Assembly (NCBI GenBank): GCA_963662545.2
Contig: CAXXLL010000002.1
Span: 1,472,001-1,536,000 of the forward strand
Reading direction: 5' to 3'
From: Gammaproteobacteria bacterium
GTDB taxonomy: Bacteria; Pseudomonadota; Gammaproteobacteria; Ga0077536
DNA: 64,000 bases
Shown here: positions 58,385 through 64,000 of the stretch, piece by piece
How the letters are laid out: the number at the start of each line of letters is the position of its first letter
Position numbering within the stretch: the first letter of the stretch is position 1
Translations under genes and position numbers: made by a program
The notes under the pieces: model-generated
The model's database searches: none
The model's input: the letters and a program-made list of their open reading frames with translations, nothing else
Told to the model about the DNA's origin: nothing

Positions 58385-59179
58385 CTAAAACAATCCCGGT
58401 GCCTTCACGTTTAGCGCGCGCTGCATGACCTCGAGTTCCTTATCGCGATCCGGAAACGGTGCGGGACGCGTAAACAGCTTGTCCTGCTTTAATTCCTCGA
58501 CCACTTCTTCGCTGCGCGGGTAGGCTTCGCCGTATTTGTTCATGAAAAAGTGATTTTCGAACGGTTGGCGTGGACGCTGGCCGCCGGCTTCCCAGTGTTC
58601 CATCGGATAACCAACGCACTGCATCAATAGCAGGCGGCAGTGATCGGGTATACCAATTGCCTTGAGGATCTCATCCCCTTCCGGCGTGCCGAGAAAACAC
58701 GTTCCAAGACCGAGTTCATAGGCCATGAGGGTTGCCTGGGCCATACCTTGGCCGCAGTCGATTTCATTCAAGCCCGGCTGCTTTAGGAAGTCCTTAATGC
58801 CTTCGAAGACGGGCAGGAATTTTTCTTCCAGGGTCTTGTGTCTTATGTCTTTGGGACCAAATCCGAGCGCCCCGATGTCGACCAGCTGGCGCAGGCGATC
58901 GGCTTGTCCGTCGACCATGCCTGGGTCGCAATACCAGACGATTACGACCGGCGCGATCCGTAGCTGCCAGCCGACGACGACGGCTTTCAACGAATCGAGC
59001 ACCTCTTTGGATGCAGTTTCGCGATGAATGGCCACGGCCTTCAGGGTCTGCACGTTGCCCCAGTGCGTCGCGATGCGGGCGGCCTCGAACATCATCTGGA
59101 TTTTCTCCGGCTCCACCGCTTTGTAGGGCTTCAAATACCGGATCGAACGGCGGCGGCCGATAGCTTCCCTTAATTCCAT
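58385..59179 (-). CDS. Nitroreductase family protein
   Basis: EAIGRRRSIR, APVVIV, QATLMAYELGLGTC, VGYP. Confidence 0.9.
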   Translation of the reverse strand: MELREAIGRRRSIRYLKPYKAVEPEKIQMMFEAARIATHWGNVQTLKAVAIHRETASKEVLDSLKAVVVGWQLRIAPVVIVWYCDPGMVDGQADRLRQLVDIGALGFGPKDIRHKTLEEKFLPVFEGIKDFLKQPGLNEIDCGQGMAQATLMAYELGLGTCFLGTPEGDEILKAIGIPDHCRLLLMQCVGYPMEHWEAGGQRPRQPFENHFFMNKYGEAYPRSEEVVEELKQDKLFTRPAPFPDRDKELEVMQRALNVKAPGLF

Positions 59180-59341
59180 GAACGTATCCTCCGAATGGGG
59201 CTGGTTATTTTGGATTGAACTGCTTGATTATTCATTATTCTCAGACGATCGTGAATTGATCGATGACAAGCAAAGTTTGACCCATCCGCATGGGGTCTGT
59301 AAATGGCGTCGGCGAATCAAACTCTTGCATACATCGAGCCG

Positions 59342-60097
59342 CTAAAAGATTCCCTTGTTCTGCACACCGTCCACGACGATGGTTACCCCGGAAATCCAGT
59401 TCGCGCGCGGTGAAGCGACGAACACGATGGCGTCGGCCACTTCGTTTGGCGTGCCCATGCGGCCGAAAGGAATCGTCGAGACGACTGCATCGTACATCTC
59501 CTGATCGTTCTGTTGCACGACGTCCCAAAAACCTCCTTCAATGAAAATCGACCCGGGCGCGATGGAGTTCACCCGAATGTTCTTCGGCGCGAGTTCCTGG
59601 GCCATGGTCTTGGCATGCGTAACGAGCGCCACTTTGACCGCGGAGTAGGCTGGAGGATCTCCCGCCCTGAGGCCGGAAATCGAGGAGATGTGAACGATGG
59701 ACCCACCACCGGCGGCTGCCATCCAGGGCACGACTTTTTGTGTCGCTCGCACCGTACCCATCAGGTCGACGTCGATACTGACCTTCCAGCCCGCTTCATC
59801 GTCGGTCATGCCGAAGCCCGAGGTGTTATTGATCAGGATGTCCGTGCTGCCGAGGGCGTCATGCGCGCCGTCCAGAAATGCGTTCAGTGAATCGGCGTCG
59901 CCGACGTCGCAGATGGCGCCGTAAGCTTTGACGCCTGCGGCTTCGATATCGGCGCAGGTTGCATCGAGGGCTTCCTGACCACGGGCGCAAATGGCGACAT
60001 TTGCCCCTTCGGCGGCAAGCAGCAGCGCCGTGCACCGACCGATGCCTTTGCTGCCACCCGTGACGATTGCGTTTTTGTCTTTTAATCCGAGGTCCAT
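59342..60097 (-). CDS. Short-chain dehydrogenase/reductase
   Basis: TGGSKGIG, YSAVK, IRVNSIAPG, VDG. Confidence 0.95.
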   Translation of the reverse strand: MDLGLKDKNAIVTGGSKGIGRCTALLLAAEGANVAICARGQEALDATCADIEAAGVKAYGAICDVGDADSLNAFLDGAHDALGSTDILINNTSGFGMTDDEAGWKVSIDVDLMGTVRATQKVVPWMAAAGGGSIVHISSISGLRAGDPPAYSAVKVALVTHAKTMAQELAPKNIRVNSIAPGSIFIEGGFWDVVQQNDQEMYDAVVSTIPFGRMGTPNEVADAIVFVASPRANWISGVTIVVDGVQNKGIF

Positions 60098-60117
60098 GCC
60101 TTGACTCCTTCGTTCGC

Positions 60118-60948
60118 CTACCGTTTCCCGTACACGCCCTTCACGGTAATGGTTCGGCCTTCTTCATTGTTGCTGAGGGCGTTTTGCATTTTTGTCTCGA
60201 CGTCATCGGATACGATGACTCTAATCGTCAGTAGTGTCGGGTCATGTGCCTTGATAACGGCATTGCGTTTCTGGCTCGTTTCTATTACCTGTCGCGTCGT
60301 CTCCTCTAACGCAATCCTTTCGAGGCCGGCATCATCCAGTAATTTCCGGAGTGCATCCAGCGTTACGAGAAAATTAATTTCCGGCCGCGATGCCCAGAAT
60401 GTCGGCAGGTGAATGGGCTGGCCATCGCCCGCCAGCACCGCCTCGAATGCGAAAAGCCCGCCTGGTTTCAGGATGCGCGCGACCTCGCTGAAAAAGGCAG
60501 CCTTGTTTGCGACGTTCATCATCATGTTTTGCGACCAGGCAGCCTCAGCGCAGGCGTCTTCGAGCGGGAGCGCCGTTGCGCTGCCGTGGTGAAACTCGCA
60601 GTTCGCGGTCATGGCTAGCTTCTCCGTCAATACGGTTGCCGCGCGCACGAATTCCCGGGTCAAATCGACGCCGATGACTCTGCAGCCGAATTCCGCCGCC
60701 AGCGTTCGTGCCGGTCCGCCAATACCGCAGCCGACATCCACCACCGCCATGCCTTCGCGAATTCCGGAAAACGCGGCGAGATCCCGCGTCGACGCGATAC
60801 CGCCGCCATGGAACTGATCGAAGGGCGTGAGATCTTCAGCCGTCAATGCTTCGAGATCTTTACCGGCATTTTCGAGTGCTTCGAATATTCGCGCACAAAT
60901 GTCCACCCCACCGTAGTGGTCGTCGATATTCGAATGGATCGTTGACAC
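60118..60948 (-). CDS. Class I SAM-dependent methyltransferase
   Basis: DQFHGGG, VDVGCGIGGPAR, GVDLT, RILKPGG. Confidence 0.92.
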   Translation of the reverse strand: MSTIHSNIDDHYGGVDICARIFEALENAGKDLEALTAEDLTPFDQFHGGGIASTRDLAAFSGIREGMAVVDVGCGIGGPARTLAAEFGCRVIGVDLTREFVRAATVLTEKLAMTANCEFHHGSATALPLEDACAEAAWSQNMMMNVANKAAFFSEVARILKPGGLFAFEAVLAGDGQPIHLPTFWASRPEINFLVTLDALRKLLDDAGLERIALEETTRQVIETSQKRNAVIKAHDPTLLTIRVIVSDDVETKMQNALSNNEEGRTITVKGVYGKR

Positions 60949-61077
60949 TGAGACCAGCGGATTCGCTTACAGATAATCGTGAATCACTTCACCATCGCCC
61001 AGCGTGAAGTCGGTACTGTATTTTGCGCTTTTTCGCCATTCTCCGTAGCCTTTCTTATTGCTGGGAATCGTTGCGGA

Positions 61078-62427
61078 CTAGCGAAGGCTCAGGGTACCAG
61101 GCATGCCGAATCGCGGTTTCAATGTGACTTTCGCAACCGTCTCAATGGGGTGGCCTGGCAGTACCCGAAAGCGGAAGCGCTGCACGATTTGTGCTAGGAC
61201 TAATTGTACTTCGAGCATGGCCATGCTTGCGCCGATGCAGGTGCGTGGACCGGCCGCAAACGGCAAATAGCAGTAGGAATGCCGGCTTTCGCCGCGGCCG
61301 GGAGCGAAGCGCTCGGGGTCGAAACGTTCAGCGTCCGGCCAGAATTCGGGGTGGCGATGCAGGGCGTAAGGGACGACGCCCACATAGGCATTGGCCGGCA
61401 GCAGGTATTCGCCGAATTGCTCGGCTTGCTCGCAACGTCTGGCATAGGCCCATACCGGCGGGTAAATGCGCATGGATTCCTGGACGACCTGCTTGAGGTA
61501 AGGAACGCCGGCGAGATCGGCGGCGCTCGCCGGCGCCCCGTTCAACTGGCCGGTAAGTTCATCGACCAGGCGCTGTTCGATCTCGGGGTGGGTGGCGAGG
61601 AGATACAGGGTCCAGGCCAGCGCGTTTGCCGAGGTTTCGTATCCGGCCAGCATCAGGGTGACAACCTCGTCGCGCATCTGCGTTTCGTCCATGCCTTCGC
61701 CGGTCTCTTCGTCGCGCGCATTGATCAGTCGGTCGAGGATGTCGACCTCGCGCGTGCCGTCCGCCCGGCGCGAAGCGATCATGGCATATACGATTTTGTC
61801 CAGGCGCCGCTTGGCCTTTTTCCACTTCAGGTTATAAGGAGTCGGTAACCAGGGGTACAGCGTCATGAGTGCGCGAGGTTCCTGGGTTTGCAAGTTCACG
61901 ACCTCGATAATCTCCGCGATTTCATCGGCGTACTGTTCTATATCGCTGCCAAAGAGGGTGGCGCCGACAATCTGAAAGGTCAGCTTGCCCATTTCGCGAT
62001 CGACCCAGATCGGATCGCCACCGACGCGTTCGTTCCAGTTTTCCACCAGCGATGCCGTGAGCCTGTTGATAGTGGCGTCAAAGCCCGCGATGTTGCGATT
62101 GCTGAACAGGGGCTGCATCAGCTTGCGCTGTTTCCCCCAGTGCGGGCCGTCATTCGACACTAGGCCGTTGCCCATGACCTGTGCCAGCACGCGGTAATCG
62201 ATCGTGCGTTTGGAAAAGTGTTCGTAGCTTTGAGAAAGCACCCGCCGTATGAAATCCGGGTGATTGACGAGGTAAACGTCGTAGAACCCGCGCCAGCATA
62301 CGAAATCGCCGTATTGCTGCAGGAGTTCGTGCATGAAGGTATGCGGCTCGTTGGCGTAGCGCCTGGCGCGGTAGAACCTGCGCGGGGAGGGGGGACGCCT
62401 AGAACTTAGCGCGGAAGCTTGGGTCAT
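61078..62427 (-). CDS. Cytochrome P450
   Basis: AGYETS I-helix, ESMR (ExxR), FDPERF, FAAGPRTCIG heme ligand. Confidence 0.96.
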   Translation of the reverse strand: MTQASALSSRRPPSPRRFYRARRYANEPHTFMHELLQQYGDFVCWRGFYDVYLVNHPDFIRRVLSQSYEHFSKRTIDYRVLAQVMGNGLVSNDGPHWGKQRKLMQPLFSNRNIAGFDATINRLTASLVENWNERVGGDPIWVDREMGKLTFQIVGATLFGSDIEQYADEIAEIIEVVNLQTQEPRALMTLYPWLPTPYNLKWKKAKRRLDKIVYAMIASRRADGTREVDILDRLINARDEETGEGMDETQMRDEVVTLMLAGYETSANALAWTLYLLATHPEIEQRLVDELTGQLNGAPASAADLAGVPYLKQVVQESMRIYPPVWAYARRCEQAEQFGEYLLPANAYVGVVPYALHRHPEFWPDAERFDPERFAPGRGESRHSYCYLPFAAGPRTCIGASMAMLEVQLVLAQIVQRFRFRVLPGHPIETVAKVTLKPRFGMPGTLSLR

Positions 62428-62616
62428 TGATGACCGCGTTGCAGGTGTCGTTTGGACCTGTGATCAATGGTGATGAGCGCGATCCTGTCGCCGTGTTCAA
62501 ACATAAATTCGTCAGATCCCGTTACGAAATAGTCGGCCCCCATGCGTGCGGCAGGTCACTGGCTTTGCGGTGTACAGGGCTTGATCGTACTTGCGGCCGA
62601 AAGCACCCGCAGCGGG

Positions 62617-63180
62617 TCAAGAGAGGTATTGGCCGATCAACAGTTCGGCATTTTGACGAGCGAGGGCAGGCGCGCTGGCGTCACCGCTGACGTGGGCATA
62701 AGCGATCGCACCGTCGAGTAACATCAAGAGACTTTTGGCGAGGTCCTCGGGCTTGGCGGCACCCGCATCTTTGGCGATCCGCGCCATGTAATTCGTGAAC
62801 AGGCGCTTGTTCTCCGCTGCGGCGGCGCGGATGGGATCTTCGGGTTCACGGAATTCGTTTGCCGCCCTGACAAAAAAACAACCGCAGAAGCGGTCGTCTT
62901 GGATCATTTCCTCGACCGCGTCGAAAACGGCCAGGAGGCGTTCGCGGGGGTCCTTGGAACTGTTCTCAATTTTCTTCATGACCGCGTTGCGCCAGGCTTC
63001 GTCGGTGCGGCGTACGCAGGCGAGTATGAGTTCCTCCTTGGAGCGGAAATGATTGTAGAGGGTCATCTTGGCGCAACCGGATGCTTCGAGGATGCGATCG
63101 ATGCCGGTGGCGCGGAATCCGTATTGCTGAAACAGTGCCGAGGCACAGTCGAGCAGGCGCTCCCTTTTGCTCACTGTCAT
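62617..63180 (-). CDS. TetR/AcrR family transcriptional regulator
   Basis: GFRATGIDRILEASGCAKMTLYNHFRSKEELI; GCFF; LLDGA. Confidence 0.95.
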   Translation of the reverse strand: MTVSKRERLLDCASALFQQYGFRATGIDRILEASGCAKMTLYNHFRSKEELILACVRRTDEAWRNAVMKKIENSSKDPRERLLAVFDAVEEMIQDDRFCGCFFVRAANEFREPEDPIRAAAAENKRLFTNYMARIAKDAGAAKPEDLAKSLLMLLDGAIAYAHVSGDASAPALARQNAELLIGQYLS

Positions 63181-63195
63181 ACAGTGGATCTCGCT

Positions 63196-63243
63196 TAAAC
63201 AGCTCAGTCTAGGCCATTCTAGAGCAGAATCGCTGGTGTTCAA
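63196..63243 (-). promoter_or_regulatory. TetR gene promoter with downstream operator
   Basis: Minus strand TTGAAC-16 nt-TAGAAT followed by TAGAC-TGAGCT-GTTTA. Confidence 0.6.
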
Positions 63244-63320
63244 GCATTTAGCGGGCGCACTCCTTAATTCAACCCGACTATCCTCGGTTCAAAATTGTCC
63301 GGCCCCGGCTCCGCCACCGC

Positions 63321-63349
63321 TTGACTGTACAGACTTGTCTGTCTATCCT
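63321..63349 (+). promoter_or_regulatory. Sigma70 promoter with TetR-type operator in the spacer
   Basis: TTGACT-17 nt-TATCCT; CAGAC-TTGTCT-GTCTA at 63330-63345. Confidence 0.7.
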
Positions 63350-63355
63350 AGCATC

Positions 63356-63497
63356 ATGTCGAGGCATCGACACGACGGCGGCACACTCTCAAAGCTGTTC
63401 CGCCTCCCCCGCTAGCGTCCTCGTTCCCCCCGAGCGCTAGTACTGCCTTTACCCGCCGGCGCCGCGATCCCCCATTACGTCGCCGGCGGGTTTTCTC
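63356..63497 (+). ncRNA. Candidate ~140-nt structured small RNA
   Basis: Four consecutive hairpins between a promoter and a U-tract terminator; C-rich loops. Confidence 0.55.
63451..63497 (+). terminator. Rho-independent terminator
   Basis: ACCCGCCGGCG ... CGCCGGCGGGT-TTTCTC. Confidence 0.75.
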
Positions 63498-63621
63498 GAT
63501 CGCGGGTGGAAGATCACGTACAAATAGCCGGCCGCTGACACCTGACGGTCCGGGGAAAATGTGCGATGGTTAGTCGAGCCAGATGCTTACTGCCTTGTGC
63601 GGGCGGAACGTCGGCGGATTA

Positions 63622-64000
63622 ATGATGCTTATCTGGATCCTCGGCACCGTATTCACGCTGTTCATCGTCGCCGCCGCGATCTATTTCGTCGCGCCGGGCG
63701 TCCTGTTCAATCTCGCGATGGCGCTGGCACGCCGTAACGGCGGGCTCACGTGTAAGCAAGTCACCGTCGACGGACACTGCATTCCATACCTGGAAGGGGG
63801 CTCCGGGGAGCCGCTGTTGTTGCTTCACGGCTTTGCGGCAAACAAGGATCATTGGACCTTGATCGCGCCCCTGCTGACGCGGCACTTTCACATCATTGCC
63901 CCCGACATACCCGGGTTCGGGGACAGCAGCCGCCACCAGGACGCTTGTTACGGTCTCGACGAACAGCTTGCGAGGATCGCCGGGTTCGCCGATGCGCTCC
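63622..64000 (+). CDS. Alpha/beta hydrolase (lipase-like) with N-terminal TM helix; runs off the right edge
   Basis: MMLIWILG..., YLEGGSGEPLLLLHGFAANKDHW, APDIPGFGDS. Confidence 0.88.
   Translation, partial: MMLIWILGTVFTLFIVAAAIYFVAPGVLFNLAMALARRNGGLTCKQVTVDGHCIPYLEGGSGEPLLLLHGFAANKDHWTLIAPLLTRHFHIIAPDIPGFGDSSRHQDACYGLDEQLARIAGFADAL

Overview
GC-rich proteobacterial (most likely gammaproteobacterial) chromosomal accessory region with about 50 genes. Most encode redox or catabolic enzymes: two molybdopterin oxidoreductases, pntAB, a Rieske oxygenase, a carotenoid oxygenase, P450, an LLM monooxygenase, a PQQ/cytochrome c dehydrogenase, acyl-CoA dehydrogenase and ligase, a CoA-transferase and two nitroreductases. 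There are also signalling genes (GGDEF, adenylate cyclase-TPR, PadR, TetR), a tandem DUF1538 transporter with a triple-PII protein, and three PEP-CTERM surface proteins. Mobile DNA comprises complete IS4, IS256 (nonsense-mutated) and ISL3 elements with target duplications, one MITE, two GxxExxY-type hairpin repeats and two REP-associated tyrosine transposase (RAYT) loci. No rRNA, tRNA or CRISPR array was seen. Highlights: (1) a MerP/HMA-like selenoprotein (GMT-UGA-GSC plus a SECIS-like hairpin) missed by the ORF track; (2) a RAYT and a cargo gene enclosed by 27-bp inverted repeats, plus a second RAYT-remnant locus whose 61-bp direct repeats bracket a PEP-CTERM gene; (3) a four-hairpin candidate sRNA under a TetR operator; (4) a single-chain triple-PII protein; (5) a sigma54 promoter with three enhancer boxes spaced exactly 111 bp apart. 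All family calls come from motif recognition by eye; no database search was run.
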